Assembly (NCBI GenBank): GCA_031278515.1
Contig: JAITKI010000033.1
Coordinates: forward strand, 1-39,596
Source of the DNA: Oscillospiraceae bacterium
GTDB lineage: Bacteria > Bacillota > Clostridia > Oscillospirales > Oscillospiraceae
DNA: 39,596 nt
Direction: 5' to 3'
Shown in pieces: positions 8,662 to 18,560 of this stretch (position 1 is its first letter; the number at the start of each line of letters is the position of its first letter). A model generated the notes under the pieces. That model was given only the letters and a program-made list of their open reading frames with translations. It made no database searches and had not been told where the DNA came from. The translations under genes were made by a program, and so were the position numbers.

Positions 8662-8934
8662 TACGGGGACGCGCGCCGCGCCGGTCTCTCCCTTTTTGTA
8701 CTTCAGCCTCGTAGCCATACCGCCTCTGATATGCCGCTCCGCCTTGTTGAATTCGAGGATTTCCTTCACCTGCGTGTGCAGCGACCTGCTGATGTCCTCA
8801 AGACGGTCGGTCAGATCCTTGTGAACCGTTGATTTGCTTATGTTGAATTTCTTGGCCGCTGCGCGAACGGTAGCGCGGGTTTCGATTATGTATGCCGCCA
8901 ATTCGCAGGCGCGCCTTTCGACGTCTGTTTTCAA
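8626..8934 (-). CDS. spoIIID: stage III sporulation transcriptional regulator SpoIIID
   Basis: ACELAAYIIETRATVRAAAKKFNISKSTVHKDLTDRL...KAERHIRGGMATRLKYK matches the SpoIIID HTH and basic C-terminal region. The 3' end overlaps the MerR gene by 36 nt (convergent). Confidence 0.85.
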   Translation of the reverse strand: MKTDVERRACELAAYIIETRATVRAAAKKFNISKSTVHKDLTDRLEDISRSLHTQVKEILEFNKAERHIRGGMATRLKYKKGETGAARVPVSVLLNRDGDAD

Positions 8935-9132
8935 TCACACCACTCCCGGAACATATTGCGCGCAATGCCGTCCGCCGCTCGTTTGCCGGCGTAACAGTAG
9001 ACTATATGCCCGCAGTGGTGATAATATGAGCGCGCGTCCCCGCGTCCGCTCGTTTGTAGAGACGACTAACCCGCCCGCGCGCCGCCGCCCGCTTGACAAG
9101 GCCATCGGCGGAAGCGGAGGTTTTTTACGGCG

Positions 9133-10338
9133 CTACCCGGCCAGATGCGTCGTCTTGAATTTTCTTGGCGAAAGCCCGGTGGCTTTCTTAAAGACCTTTG
9201 TGAAATAGCTCTGATCCTTGAAACCGCACTGCGCGGCGATAAACGCGAGACTCGCCTTGTTCTCCAGCAGCATCCGCTTACTCTTCTCAATACGCACGTT
9301 CATGATGTACGACGTGACGGAGACGCCGAGTTCGTGCTTGAAAATGCTGCTGAGATACGACTTGCTCAGAAAAACTTCTTTCGCGAGCATATCGAGCGGC
9401 AGTTTTTCCGCGCAGTTGCGTTTGATATAGTTTGTGACCTTGAACACGACGTCCGAATGTTTCGCGCGCGCCAGATCGAACGCCTGCACCATGAACTGGC
9501 GGATCATGTCGGAGACGCGCAGCGCGAGGTTGTCCGAGTCCTGATATTTTTCAACCATGTGTATAAAATCTTCGGACATGCGGAACGTCTCTCCCGGATC
9601 GGCGCCCGCCTCGATGGTCGCGCGGGAGAGTATGACAAGAAGCTCCAGCAAACGCGCCCGAATCGCGTGGATATCGTAGTTGCTGTACACGTATATGTGG
9701 GCCAGCACCTCGTTTATCATCTCCATAGCGGCCGTCTTGTCGCCGCTCAGCACGGTGAAGCGCATATCTTTTTCAAAACGGAGCAGCATCTCGGCGCTCT
9801 GCGCGTCAAGCTCGGAGCGAAGGGTTTTTGTATCGTATATTTCCTGAAAAGCGTGCTCCTTGTCGAACGCCGTCGGGCGGCCCGCCCCCCTATCGGAGAT
9901 GTGGGAGGCGACAGCGCATAATATCTCGGCGATATGGCGCACTTCCTTTGTCGAAAAAGCGCTCAACTTCGACACGGTCCAGGCCATTTCGGGGGCGGGA
10001 AGGTCGTACAGCACGTCCTGCATGTCGCCCATGACAATAGGCCCGAGGGTGAGTCCTCCAATCAGCTCTCCGGTTGCGGACAGCAGCGCGGCGGCGATAA
10101 ACGTCAGGCCGAGCGGACAATAGTAGATGTACAGTCCGTCCCACCGGCGCGCCTCGCGGCAGCCGTACAGACGCGTAGTCAGCTCGTCGCCGCGTTTATA
10201 CGAGCAGTGCGCGCAAAAATTCCGCAATTCATCCTGAGGCGTCAGTGTGGGCGCGCCGTACTCCGGCACATCGACTATCTCGCAGCCGATCTCCAGAAGC
10301 GACGAGAAATGCTCCTGATATTTTCCGCATACTTCCAA
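9133..10338 (-). CDS. AraC-family transcriptional regulator with N-terminal PocR-like sensory domain
   Basis: C-terminal AraC double HTH (YIKRNCAEKLPLDMLAKEVFLSKSYLSSIFKHELG...FKDQSYFTKVFKKATGLSPRKFK). The Cys-rich N-terminal region is PocR-like. The start is non-ATG (TTG at 10338) and uncertain. Confidence 0.8.
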   Translation of the reverse strand: MEVCGKYQEHFSSLLEIGCEIVDVPEYGAPTLTPQDELRNFCAHCSYKRGDELTTRLYGCREARRWDGLYIYYCPLGLTFIAAALLSATGELIGGLTLGPIVMGDMQDVLYDLPAPEMAWTVSKLSAFSTKEVRHIAEILCAVASHISDRGAGRPTAFDKEHAFQEIYDTKTLRSELDAQSAEMLLRFEKDMRFTVLSGDKTAAMEMINEVLAHIYVYSNYDIHAIRARLLELLVILSRATIEAGADPGETFRMSEDFIHMVEKYQDSDNLALRVSDMIRQFMVQAFDLARAKHSDVVFKVTNYIKRNCAEKLPLDMLAKEVFLSKSYLSSIFKHELGVSVTSYIMNVRIEKSKRMLLENKASLAFIAAQCGFKDQSYFTKVFKKATGLSPRKFKTTHLAG

Positions 10339-10434
10339 AAGCTCCGAAGTTATGGCGCCTCACCCGCCTTTCGAATAAAATCCTTATCACGCAAAACGGT
10401 TCCAATACCTCGCGGCTCGCCGCGAGACCGTTTA

Positions 10435-11631
10435 TCATGTCAAAAAGTCCTTGAGCTTTCTGCTGCGGCTCGGGTGACGCAACTTCCGCAGCGCTTTCGC
10501 CTCGATCTGGCGTATGCGCTCGCGCGTCACTTTGAATTCGCGCCCGACCTCCTCAAGTGTGCGCGAGCGCCCGTCCTCGATGCCGAAACGGAGTCTGAGC
10601 ACTTTTTCCTCGCGCGGAGTCAGCGTCTTCAAAACCTCCGCGAGCTGTTCGCGCAGCAGCGTGAAGGAAGCGGCCTCCGCCGGCTCGGACGCGTCCTCAT
10701 CCGGAATGAAGTCCCCGAGGTGGCTGTCCTCCTCCTCGCCGATGGGCGTTTCGAGCGATACGGGTTCCTGGGCTATCTTCAGTATCTCGCGTACCTTCTC
10801 GACAGGCAGGGACATCTCCTCCGCTATCTCCTCCGGCGTCGGGTCGTGTCCGAGCTCCTGGAGCAGCTGGCGCGACACGCGCATTACCTTGTTTATCGTC
10901 TCAACCATGTGGACGGGAATGCGTATCGTGCGCGCCTGATCCGCTATCGCGCGCGTTATCGCCTGACGTATCCACCATGTGGCGTATGTCGAAAATTTGT
11001 AACCCTTCGTGTAGTCGAATTTCTCTACCGCCTTTATGAGACCGAGATTGCCCTCTTGAATCAGATCCAAAAACTGCATCCCGCGCCCGACGTACCGTTT
11101 CGCGATACTTACGACAAGCCGCAGATTAGCTTCCGCCATGCGCCTGCGGGCGTCCTTATCGCCGGTCGCCATGAGAGTCGCAAGCTCAAGCTCTTCCTCG
11201 GCGGTGAGCAGACTCACCTTGCCAATCTCCTTGAGGTACATACGCACGGGGTCGTCCACATTCAGCGTTTCGGCAAGCGCCTCCGGCTCAACCAGTTCGT
11301 CCTCCGCGACGGTCGCTATCGCCCGGAGTTCCTCCGCCTCGACCGGGGCGTCCTCCGCGTGCGCGAGTTCCAGCTCCTCCGAGTCGATCGTGTCGATATT
11401 GAGATTCTCCAGCAGATCGTAGAACCTGTCCACCTGCTCCTGTTCGAGATTCATGTCCTCCAGAACGTCCAGCAGATCCTTTGCGCTGAGACAGCCGCGC
11501 CTCTTGCCCTCCTCAATGAGCGCGCGGAGACGCTCGTCGTTGAACATGTCGCCGAGCTTATCGATCTCGTCGTCTCCGGGTACGATCTCCGCTTCCTTTG
11601 AGTAATCCATGTTTTCCTTTGAGTAATCCAT
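10435..11631 (-). CDS. rpoD: primary RNA polymerase sigma factor (RpoD/SigA)
   Basis: Regions 1.1 to 4 are recognisable ([80 protein letters not shown]). SD GGGAGGA lies 5 nt before ATG 11631; a second in-frame ATG is at 11610. Confidence 0.95.
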   Translation of the reverse strand: MDYSKENMDYSKEAEIVPGDDEIDKLGDMFNDERLRALIEEGKRRGCLSAKDLLDVLEDMNLEQEQVDRFYDLLENLNIDTIDSEELELAHAEDAPVEAEELRAIATVAEDELVEPEALAETLNVDDPVRMYLKEIGKVSLLTAEEELELATLMATGDKDARRRMAEANLRLVVSIAKRYVGRGMQFLDLIQEGNLGLIKAVEKFDYTKGYKFSTYATWWIRQAITRAIADQARTIRIPVHMVETINKVMRVSRQLLQELGHDPTPEEIAEEMSLPVEKVREILKIAQEPVSLETPIGEEEDSHLGDFIPDEDASEPAEAASFTLLREQLAEVLKTLTPREEKVLRLRFGIEDGRSRTLEEVGREFKVTRERIRQIEAKALRKLRHPSRSRKLKDFLT

Positions 11632-11635
11632 GTTT
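11594..11635. repeat. perfect 21-bp tandem duplication spanning the rpoD start codon
   Basis: TCCTTTGAGTAATCCATGTTT occurs at 11594-11614 and again at 11615-11635. It produces the N-terminus [13 protein letters not shown] and reaches the first two bases of the dnaG stop codon (11634-11636). Confidence 0.9.
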
Positions 11636-13388
11636 ATCCTCCCAACCCTTTTATGTCTTTTATACTGCTGAAGTATTCCCCTACATTCATTTCCGCTTTC
11701 GCTTTTGCTCTGAAGCTCTCCGTCCGGATTTTTTTTATGTAGTCGCGCAGCGCCTGCTGTCCGTCCGGTATCGACTCGGGTTTTTGCAGTATGGCCGATA
11801 TGCGTTCCGCCTCGGCCGGCTTGAGCGCCGCGAACAGCGCCGCGGGCGATATCTCCTTGCCCGATTCGCTCCTGGCCCTCAGAATACCGAACGCCTTCGC
11901 CAGAAAAGGCGACGAAAACTCGCTCTCGCTGAAGTTCTCCCCGCGCGCCTCGTCAATCAGCGGCGGATCTAACAGTATACACCGTACCACCCCCTCCTCG
12001 GCTATGGCGGAATACTCGTTGGCGTATCGTATGGAGCGAGCTGACGGCTGCGCCGCCTCGGCCGGCCGCGTTATCTTCCGCTCCATGCTCCGTTTCCGCC
12101 GCCACTCGTCGCGCTTTGTCAGATTGGCGAGCTCGTTTTCGACGGCGGCGACCGATACGCCGGTCTCCTCTGCCAGACGCGCGCCGTATATCTCGCGCTC
12201 CGGACGGCTCCGTATGCCGGCGAGCATCTGCGTCGCCTCCGACAAGTATCCCACCCGTCCGTCCTCCGTATTCATGTCATACTTTCTCTTTATGTCCCCC
12301 ATCTTATATACAATATGGTTTTCGCTGCGCTCGATCAGCAGCCGGAAGGCGTCGGCGCCGAACTTATTTATGTATTCGTCCGGATCCTTCGCGCCCTGCA
12401 ACCGCAGCAGCCGCACACCCATTCCCGTCTTTTCGGTGAGACGTATCGCCCGCGCGGCGGCCTTTTCACCCGCCCCGTCCGAATCGAACGCTATCACGAG
12501 CTTGTCGGCGTACCGCGCCATAAGTCTCACCTGCGTATCCGTCAGCGAGGTACCCAGCGACGCCACGGCGCAATCAAAGCCGGCCTGATGCAGCGCTACT
12601 ACGTCTATGTTCCCTTCCGTCAATATGAGCATACCGGCTTTTGATTTTTTTGCCAGATTCAGCGCAAACAGATGTCTGCTCTTGCTGAAGACCTGAGTGT
12701 CGGGCGAGTTGAGATACTTAGGTTCGCCGGCGCCGAGCATCCTCCCGGAGAAGCCTATTACGGCGCCGCGCACGTCTATGACAGGGAATACCAACCTGTT
12801 TCTGAACGTATCATAGAAGCCCCCGCTTTTCTTGTTCTCCTTGACTAGTCCGGCGTCCAGCAGTTCCTTCGCGGCGTATCCCATCGACGTCATCGCGTCG
12901 CCCAGCGAGTTCCATGAATTGGGCGCCGCGCCAAGTCCGAAACGCGTAACCATCCGCTTTGATATCCGGCGCTCGCCGATATACCGCACGGCGGCGGCGC
13001 CCTCCGGCGACGACAACACGCCGTGATAAAATCTCGCGGCGTCGCGGTTGAGGTCGAGCAGGCGCCGTCTGCTCGTGCGCGCCGTATCCTTTGTATCGGA
13101 GACTGTCAGCCCCGCGCGGCGCGCCAGAAATTCCACGGCGTCGGGGAACGTGAGATTTTCGATCTCCATGATGAAATTGACCGCGCCGCCTCCCTTGCCG
13201 CAGCCGAAGCAGTAGTACATCTGCTTGTCGGCGCTCACGGAGAACGACGGCGTCTTTTCGCTGTGGAACGGACACAGGCCGAACAGATTGCTGCCGCTGC
13301 GCTTTGACAGCTTTACATACCCGCCTACCAACTCCACAAGATCTGTTTTCTGTACGAGCTCGTCCAAAAAGCTCTCAGGAATAGCCAT
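11634..13388 (-). CDS. dnaG: DNA primase DnaG
   Basis: ORF trimmed to ATG 13388 ([12 protein letters not shown]...). Zinc-finger [29 protein letters not shown], followed by a TOPRIM region ([11 protein letters not shown]...[10 protein letters not shown]). Confidence 0.95.
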   Translation of the reverse strand: MAIPESFLDELVQKTDLVELVGGYVKLSKRSGSNLFGLCPFHSEKTPSFSVSADKQMYYCFGCGKGGGAVNFIMEIENLTFPDAVEFLARRAGLTVSDTKDTARTSRRRLLDLNRDAARFYHGVLSSPEGAAAVRYIGERRISKRMVTRFGLGAAPNSWNSLGDAMTSMGYAAKELLDAGLVKENKKSGGFYDTFRNRLVFPVIDVRGAVIGFSGRMLGAGEPKYLNSPDTQVFSKSRHLFALNLAKKSKAGMLILTEGNIDVVALHQAGFDCAVASLGTSLTDTQVRLMARYADKLVIAFDSDGAGEKAAARAIRLTEKTGMGVRLLRLQGAKDPDEYINKFGADAFRLLIERSENHIVYKMGDIKRKYDMNTEDGRVGYLSEATQMLAGIRSRPEREIYGARLAEETGVSVAAVENELANLTKRDEWRRKRSMERKITRPAEAAQPSARSIRYANEYSAIAEEGVVRCILLDPPLIDEARGENFSESEFSSPFLAKAFGILRARSESGKEISPAALFAALKPAEAERISAILQKPESIPDGQQALRDYIKKIRTESFRAKAKAEMNVGEYFSSIKDIKGLGG

Positions 13389-13420
13389 ACCCCACCCTTT
13401 TCCGTCCGTGCGCGCGTCCG

Positions 13421-14428
13421 CTATCTCATCTGCCACGCTTCCGGAATGAACAGTTCCCCGTACAGGAACACCGCGTATTTGTCCGTCATTCCGGAAACGT
13501 AGTCGCAAACCGCCCTGCGCGTCGAATCGGCGCGCGCTATTTCGCCGTACTCGTCCGGCAGCTCGTCGGGGCGCGTCTCAAAATAGCGAAACAGCCCGTC
13601 GAGTATCCCGAACACCTTATGTTCCTCACCCTTTGCTCTCGGGTCGCCGTACACCCGGCTGAACATGAAGCTGCGAAAGCTGTCAAATACGAAGCTGATC
13701 CGGGGACTCATGGCTATATCCCCGCGTTCGGCGCTCTCTTCTATTATGTCTTTTATTACGGTATCTATGCGTTTGCTGTAATTGTCCCCGAGCGCGCACG
13801 TGATTTCGTCCGGTATATCCGCCTCGGACAGAATTCCGGCGCGGATGGCGTCGTCCGAATCGTGATTCACATACGCTATCCTGTCGGCCAGCCGCACGGC
13901 GCGCCCCTCCGGTGTCGAGGCGGGTACGCCGCCCGTGTGGCGCGCTATTCCGTCGCGTGTCTCCTCGGTCAGATTCAACCCGCGGCCGTCCTTCTCGATG
14001 ACATCCACAACGCGCAGACTCTGCTCGTTGTGTCGGAAGCCGCCGAACGGCGCCATTATGGTGTCGAGAGCGCGCTCTCCCGCGTGTCCGAACGGCGTAT
14101 GCCCCAAATCGTGACCGAGCGCTATCGCCTCCGCCAGATCCTCGTTGAGACCCAGCGCGCGCGTTATGGCGCGCGCCACGCGCGCGACCTCGAGGGTGTG
14201 CGTAAGGCGCGTACGGTAGTGGTCGCCCTCCGGCTGCAGGAAGACCTGGGTCTTGTGCATGAGACGGCGGAACGCCTTGCTATGTATTATCCTGTCGATA
14301 TCGCGCTGAAAACACGTCCGCACCTCGCACTCCGGCTCGGGACGCTCCCTGCCACGCGACAGCGACGCAAAGGTCGCGGCCGGCGACAGGACAGAGCGCT
14401 CAACGTCCTCGCGAAGCTCTCTGATCAC
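13421..14428 (-). CDS. dGTP triphosphohydrolase-like HD-domain phosphohydrolase
   Basis: HD-domain signature RTRLTHTLEVARVARAI...ALGHDLGHTPFGHAGE. GTG start at 14428. Confidence 0.85.
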   Translation of the reverse strand: MIRELREDVERSVLSPAATFASLSRGRERPEPECEVRTCFQRDIDRIIHSKAFRRLMHKTQVFLQPEGDHYRTRLTHTLEVARVARAITRALGLNEDLAEAIALGHDLGHTPFGHAGERALDTIMAPFGGFRHNEQSLRVVDVIEKDGRGLNLTEETRDGIARHTGGVPASTPEGRAVRLADRIAYVNHDSDDAIRAGILSEADIPDEITCALGDNYSKRIDTVIKDIIEESAERGDIAMSPRISFVFDSFRSFMFSRVYGDPRAKGEEHKVFGILDGLFRYFETRPDELPDEYGEIARADSTRRAVCDYVSGMTDKYAVFLYGELFIPEAWQMR

Positions 14429-14444
14429 GGCGCAAGCTCCCTTT

Positions 14445-15581
14445 CTACATCGTCCTGAATCTGACCGGTTTCGGGCGCATCTTTATGCCCGATACGATCC
14501 CCATAGCCGCAAACGCGGTGATTATTGACGAGCCGCCATAGCTGAAAAACGGCAGCGTGAGTCCCACGACGGGCGCGAGCCCGAGACACATGCCGATATT
14601 CTCGAGCGTCTGAAATAAGATGATTGACGCGAGCCCCAGGCACACGAGCAGACCGAGCGTGTTGTTCGACTTGACGCCCACATACGCGCATCTGGCGATG
14701 ACGGCGGTCAGCAGCAGGATTATTATAAAGCATCCGATGAAGCCCAGTTCCTCCCCGGCGGCGGAGAAGATGAAATCCGTCTGCTGGTGGGGTATGATAC
14801 CCTCCTGCGTCAGTTTGCCGTTGTAGAGTCCCTGTCCGGAGAATCCCCCGGCCGCTATGGCGAGCTTGCTCTGTCCCGCCTGCCACGTGACGTCGAGACC
14901 GGTCGGATCTATGCTGGGGTCATACGGGGCGAGGATTCTCGCGCGCTGCCGCTCGTTGAGCAGATTGTTCCAGATGAACGGTCCGGACGCCGCGAGCGCG
15001 GCCGCGCCGAACAGGAACCAGCGCAGTCTGACGCCGCCCACAAACATGATGGACAGCAGAATAAACACGTACACGAGCGCCGAGCCGAGATCGTCCGACG
15101 CCAAGAGTATCAGCCCGAAGAACAGCCCGAATACCGCCACTATCTGCAGTACGGCGAGCGGTGAATTGAGCGACCGCCTCGCCTTATATTCCGCTATCAT
15201 GTGCGCTATGACGACGGTGAACGGTACCTTTACCACCTCCGCGGGCTGTACGCCTATCCCGCCGAACCGCAGCCACGCCTTGTTACCGGTGTCGCCGGCC
15301 TCTCCCCAGATAAACAGCGTGCAGATGAACGCCGCGCTGAGTATCACCAACAGCTTTGATTTATCAGCGATTATATCGATATCAATCAGCGACAGGAGGA
15401 CGTAAATCACCACGCCCATGATGAGGGCTATTATCTGGACGGTGACGATGCGGCTGCCGACGCCGTGTTCCACACTCGAAATCAGCGCTATACCGTAGAC
15501 TGTGCTCACGACGCACAGCGCCAGCAGGAACATGTCCGACTCGCGCGCGTACCGGTATACCGTCTCGAAAAACTTTCTCAC
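14445..15581 (-). CDS. FtsW/RodA/SpoVE-family peptidoglycan glycosyltransferase
   Basis: Polytopic membrane protein with the conserved C-terminal SEDS region (HTDFIFS-like QQTDFIFSAAGEELGFIG, LPFFSYGGSS). GTG start at 15581; the start is uncertain. Confidence 0.85.
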   Translation of the reverse strand: MRKFFETVYRYARESDMFLLALCVVSTVYGIALISSVEHGVGSRIVTVQIIALIMGVVIYVLLSLIDIDIIADKSKLLVILSAAFICTLFIWGEAGDTGNKAWLRFGGIGVQPAEVVKVPFTVVIAHMIAEYKARRSLNSPLAVLQIVAVFGLFFGLILLASDDLGSALVYVFILLSIMFVGGVRLRWFLFGAAALAASGPFIWNNLLNERQRARILAPYDPSIDPTGLDVTWQAGQSKLAIAAGGFSGQGLYNGKLTQEGIIPHQQTDFIFSAAGEELGFIGCFIIILLLTAVIARCAYVGVKSNNTLGLLVCLGLASIILFQTLENIGMCLGLAPVVGLTLPFFSYGGSSIITAFAAMGIVSGIKMRPKPVRFRTM

Positions 15582-15790
15582 GCCTCACCCCGGGAATACG
15601 CCCGCTCCCCGCCTCCCCGGCCGCGACCGGACGGGGGCGCGCCGCGCTCCTCAACCTCTCTCTTGCGATGTCGATTATAGTTTACCATATGATCGGCGCG
15701 GCGTCAATCGCGCGGCGCCCCGCGCCGGAGGTCTGTGTACACACGCGTCAAGGCGCCGCCGCAAGCCGCGCGCCCGCCTGAGTCGCGACA

Positions 15791-15839
15791 CGATAAAGGA
15801 GTGTCCCCGCAGCATTGTGAAATGCTGTAAGAACACTCC
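15791..15839 (-). terminator. possible terminator hairpin downstream of tRNA-Pro
   Basis: Outer stem GGAGTGT (15798-15804) / ACACTCC (15833-15839) with an inner AGCATT/AATGCT stem. It is followed on the minus strand by TTTATCG (15791-15797); the U-tract is weak. Confidence 0.35.
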
Positions 15840-15842
15840 GAT

Positions 15843-15918
15843 TGGTCGGAGTGGCGAGACTCGAACTCGCGGCATCCGGCTCCCAAAGCCGGCGCGCTAC
15901 CAACTGCGCTACACCCCG
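15843..15918 (-). tRNA. tRNA-Pro (anticodon UGG)
   Basis: The reverse complement folds as a cloverleaf: acceptor CGGGGTG/CACTCCG, D-arm GCGC-AGTTGGTA-GCGC, anticodon arm CCGGC-TTTGGGA-GCCGG, T-arm GCGAG-TTCGAGT-CTCGC, discriminator A and encoded CCA. 76 nt. Confidence 0.93.
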
Positions 15919-16024
15919 GAATCCGCATCCGGCGAGATTTTTTTGTCCGCCGCAGCACCGTCGCGGCAAGAGAGACGCCCGGGCGCGGTCCTCGCGCGCG
16001 TCCCGCAGAATATTTTCGTTTGTA

Positions 16025-16046
16025 GCAGTTTTCGCCCCTTCGTCCT
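16025..16046 (+). repeat. partial (half) copy of the hairpin repeat
   Basis: TTCGTTTGTAGCAGTTTTCGCC resembles the left arm of copy 4 (TTCGTTTGCAGCGGTTTCGCC, 28906-28926). No matching right arm follows. Confidence 0.5.
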
Positions 16047-16161
16047 TTTCGCCGCAGGCGAAAATAATTTTTGCGGAGAAGTGCGTCTCGTGCGACGATG
16101 CAAAAATTGTAATATTTCGCGTTTTCCGGGGATTTATTCCTCGGAAAACGCTCTTTGCGAG

Positions 16162-16222
16162 CCGCGCACGGCGAGATCCAATCTCCCGTGACTCGTTTGT
16201 GATGGCGAAGCCATCACAAACG
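16162..16222 (+). repeat. hairpin repeat copy 2 (tail + stem CGTTTGTGATGGC / GCCATCACAAACG)
   Basis: Tail at 16162-16193. 13-bp perfect stem 16194-16206 / 16210-16222 with loop GAA. Confidence 0.8.
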
Positions 16223-16244
16223 AAATTATTCCCGCAGGACTTTC

Positions 16245-16273
16245 TTGCGAATCCGCGCGGTTTGCCGTATAAT
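16245..16273 (+). promoter_or_regulatory. sigma-70-like promoter (cassette copy 2) upstream of dCMP deaminase
   Basis: TTGCGA (16245-16250), 17-nt spacer, TATAAT (16268-16273). The -35 starts 22 nt after the hairpin. Confidence 0.55.
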
Positions 16274-16339
16274 ACCCGATAAACCGGAAGAAAATCTCTG
16301 CGGGAGCCGCCGCAGACAGACTGAAAGGGGTCGCGGGTC

Positions 16340-16864
16340 ATGGAACGGAAAGACAAGATAAACTACTACCTAGACATAGCCGAGACTGTTCTGGAGCGCT
16401 CGACATGTCTGCGCCGGAAGTACGGCGCCATCATCGTACTTAACGACGAGATCATCTCCACGGGGTACAACGGCGCGCCGCGCGGCCGGCGCAACTGTCT
16501 CGACCTGAACTTCTGTATGCGCGACAGTCTGAACATCCCATCCGGCGAGCGCTATGAGCTTTGCCGCGCCGTACACGCGGAGGCCAACGCCATAATCTCC
16601 GCCTCGCGCCGCGACACCATAGGCGCGACGCTATACCTCGCCGGGCGCAACGGCAAGACGGGTGAACTGCTGGCCGACACGACGCCCTGCACGATGTGCC
16701 GCAGGCTTATAATCAACGCCGGCGTCTCGGACGTCGTCTGCCGCGTCGGGAAAGACGAGTACACGCGGACGACGATACGCGACTGGGTATTCAGCGACGA
16801 CTCTCTGCCGGATGCGCTGCCTCTTGACATGGAGAGTCCGGCGCGCGCCGGAGACCTTCCATAA
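16340..16864 (+). CDS. comEB: deoxycytidylate (dCMP) deaminase, ComEB-like
   Basis: Cytidine/deoxycytidylate deaminase zinc motifs HAEANAI and PCTMCRRLIINAG. 174 aa. Confidence 0.85.
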   Translation: MERKDKINYYLDIAETVLERSTCLRRKYGAIIVLNDEIISTGYNGAPRGRRNCLDLNFCMRDSLNIPSGERYELCRAVHAEANAIISASRRDTIGATLYLAGRNGKTGELLADTTPCTMCRRLIINAGVSDVVCRVGKDEYTRTTIRDWVFSDDSLPDALPLDMESPARAGDLP

Positions 16865-16866
16865 GC

Positions 16867-16896
16867 GAGCGCCCGCAGCGCGAGCTGCGGGCGCTC
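16867..16896. terminator. GC-rich hairpin between convergent comEB and rpmB (possible bidirectional terminator)
   Basis: 13-bp perfect stem GAGCGCCCGCAGC (16867-16879) / GCTGCGGGCGCTC (16884-16896) with loop GCGA. No clear U-tract on either strand. Confidence 0.45.
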
Positions 16897-16953
16897 CGAC
16901 TCCGGCCGATAATACCCCCCCGCCCGGCCCGAACGGGCGCGGCGCGGACGCAG

Positions 16954-17142
16954 TCAGACCGCGCGAGTGACCTTTCCGCTTCGCAGGCATCGCGTGCAGA
17001 CATATACGTGGCGCGGAGAACCTCCCACAATCGCCGAAACGCGCTTGACGTTCGGCTTCCACGTCCTGTTGCTGCGCCTGTGCGAGTGACTCACACGTAT
17101 GCCGAACGAAACGCTCTTATCACAAAATTGACATTTTGCCAT
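16954..17142 (-). CDS. rpmB: 50S ribosomal protein L28
   Basis: ORF trimmed to ATG 17142 (MAKCQFCDKSVSFGIRVSHSHRRSNRTWKPNVKRV...). SD AAGGAGGT at 17151-17158. Confidence 0.92.
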   Translation of the reverse strand: MAKCQFCDKSVSFGIRVSHSHRRSNRTWKPNVKRVSAIVGGSPRHVYVCTRCLRSGKVTRAV

Positions 17143-17244
17143 CCGGATACACCTCCTTAACTTACGCTTACCGCCCGGATTCAAACGCTCCGCGACGCGG
17201 CGACAATACGCGGGGCGGAGCGCCGTTTTACAACACGTCGCGGC

Positions 17245-17273
17245 ATTCTATCAGAAATGAATTCAAAAATCAA
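17245..17273 (-). promoter_or_regulatory. sigma-70-like promoter for rpmB
   Basis: On the minus strand: TTGATT (17268-17273), 17-nt spacer, TAGAAT (17245-17250). It is followed by a structured leader of about 100 nt. Confidence 0.45.
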
Positions 17274-17304
17274 GACAATTCCGCGCGTTCTGGAAAATAA
17301 ATTT

Positions 17305-18540
17305 TCATGACCCCTCGCTTTTACCGGCTTTTTCCCGCCGTTTGAGCTGCGCCCTCACCTTCACGGGCAGCCCGAACAGGTTTATAAAGCCCTCCGCCTC
17401 GCGTTGGTTATAATCGCTCTCCCCGAAAGACGCGAGCTCCTCGCTGTACAGGCTGCGCTCGCTCCAGACTCCGGCGTTTATGATGTTTCCCTTGTACAGC
17501 TTGAGCCGTACGCGGCCGTCCACCGCCTCCTGCGTCTTGTCCACGAACGCGGAAATCGCCTCGCGCGCCGGCGTGAACCACTGCCCGTTGTACACGAGTT
17601 CCGCAAACTTCAGGGCGAGAGTTTCCTTGAGGTGGGCCGTATCGCGATCGAGCGTGATTGATTCCAGAACTTCGTGCGCCCTGTACAGGATCGCGCCGCC
17701 CGGAGTCTCGTACACCCCGCGCGATTTCATGCCGACGAGACGGTTTTCGACCACGTCGTACAACCCGACGCCGTGCTTGCCGCCGAGCGCGTTCAGCCTG
17801 CGGATTATCTCTCGGGCGCTCATCTCTTCCCCGTCGATTGACGTCGGTATGCCGCGCGCGAATCCGAGTTCGACATACTCCGCTTTGTCGGGCGCGTTTT
17901 CCGGGGAGACTCCGAGTTCCAGAAAACCCGGCGCGTTGTACCTAGGTTCGCTGCCGGGGTCTTCGAGGTCAAGTCCCTCATGCGACAAGTGCCAGAGATT
18001 TTTGTCCTTTGAGTAGTTTGTCTCGCGGCTGATCTTGAGCGGGACACCACGCGACTCGGCGTAGTCTATCTCGTCCAGGCGGCTTTTCAGGGACCACTCG
18101 CGCCACGGCGCTATTATCTTCATGTCCGGGGCGAACGCCTTAATGGCAAGCTCAAAGCGCACCTGGTCGTTGCCCTTGCCCGTGCAACCGTGACAGATGG
18201 CGTCCGCGCCCTCGCGCAGCGCGATCTCCACTACGCGTTTGGCTATGACAGGACGCGCGAACGACGTACCCAGGAGATACCCCTCGTACTTCGCGCCCGC
18301 CTTCATCGTGGGTATAATGAAATCGTTTACAAATTCCTCCGTAAGATCCTCTATGTACAGCTTTGACGCGCCCGTCTTTATCGCCTTTTCCTCCAGGCCG
18401 TCGAGCTCCGAGCCCTGCCCGACGTCCGCTGAGACCGCGACGACCTCGCAGCCTCCGTAGTTCTCCTTGAGCCACGGAATGATTATTGACGTGTCGAGTC
18501 CTCCCGAGTAGGCGAGAACCACCTTTTTGATATCACCCAT
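17305..18540 (-). CDS. argG: argininosuccinate synthase
   Basis: N-terminal PP-loop [14 protein letters not shown] and full-length ArgG-like sequence (411 aa). ATG at 18540. Confidence 0.95.
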   Translation of the reverse strand: MGDIKKVVLAYSGGLDTSIIIPWLKENYGGCEVVAVSADVGQGSELDGLEEKAIKTGASKLYIEDLTEEFVNDFIIPTMKAGAKYEGYLLGTSFARPVIAKRVVEIALREGADAICHGCTGKGNDQVRFELAIKAFAPDMKIIAPWREWSLKSRLDEIDYAESRGVPLKISRETNYSKDKNLWHLSHEGLDLEDPGSEPRYNAPGFLELGVSPENAPDKAEYVELGFARGIPTSIDGEEMSAREIIRRLNALGGKHGVGLYDVVENRLVGMKSRGVYETPGGAILYRAHEVLESITLDRDTAHLKETLALKFAELVYNGQWFTPAREAISAFVDKTQEAVDGRVRLKLYKGNIINAGVWSERSLYSEELASFGESDYNQREAEGFINLFGLPVKVRAQLKRREKAGKSEGS

Positions 18541-18560
18541 ATGTATAACTCCTCAATTCC

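Noticed and set aside
9934-11601. 555-aa plus-strand ORF
   Set aside because: It is antisense to the AraC regulator gene and to rpoD, whose identity is unambiguous. The composition is Arg/Leu-rich and junk-like.
16056-16082. Terminator-like hairpin TTTTCGCC-GCA-GGCGAAAA followed by TAATTTTT on the plus strand
   Set aside because: It has the form of a rho-independent terminator, but no plus-strand gene or RNA upstream of it is supported (the tRNA-Pro and rodA-family genes are on the minus strand). I left it unannotated. It could mark an unrecognised small RNA.
17143-17244. Structured leader upstream of rpmB (CGCTCCG...CGGAGCG stem) as a ribosomal-protein leader or riboswitch
   Set aside because: There is only one short stem and I recall no matching known leader motif, so the evidence is insufficient to call a regulatory RNA.
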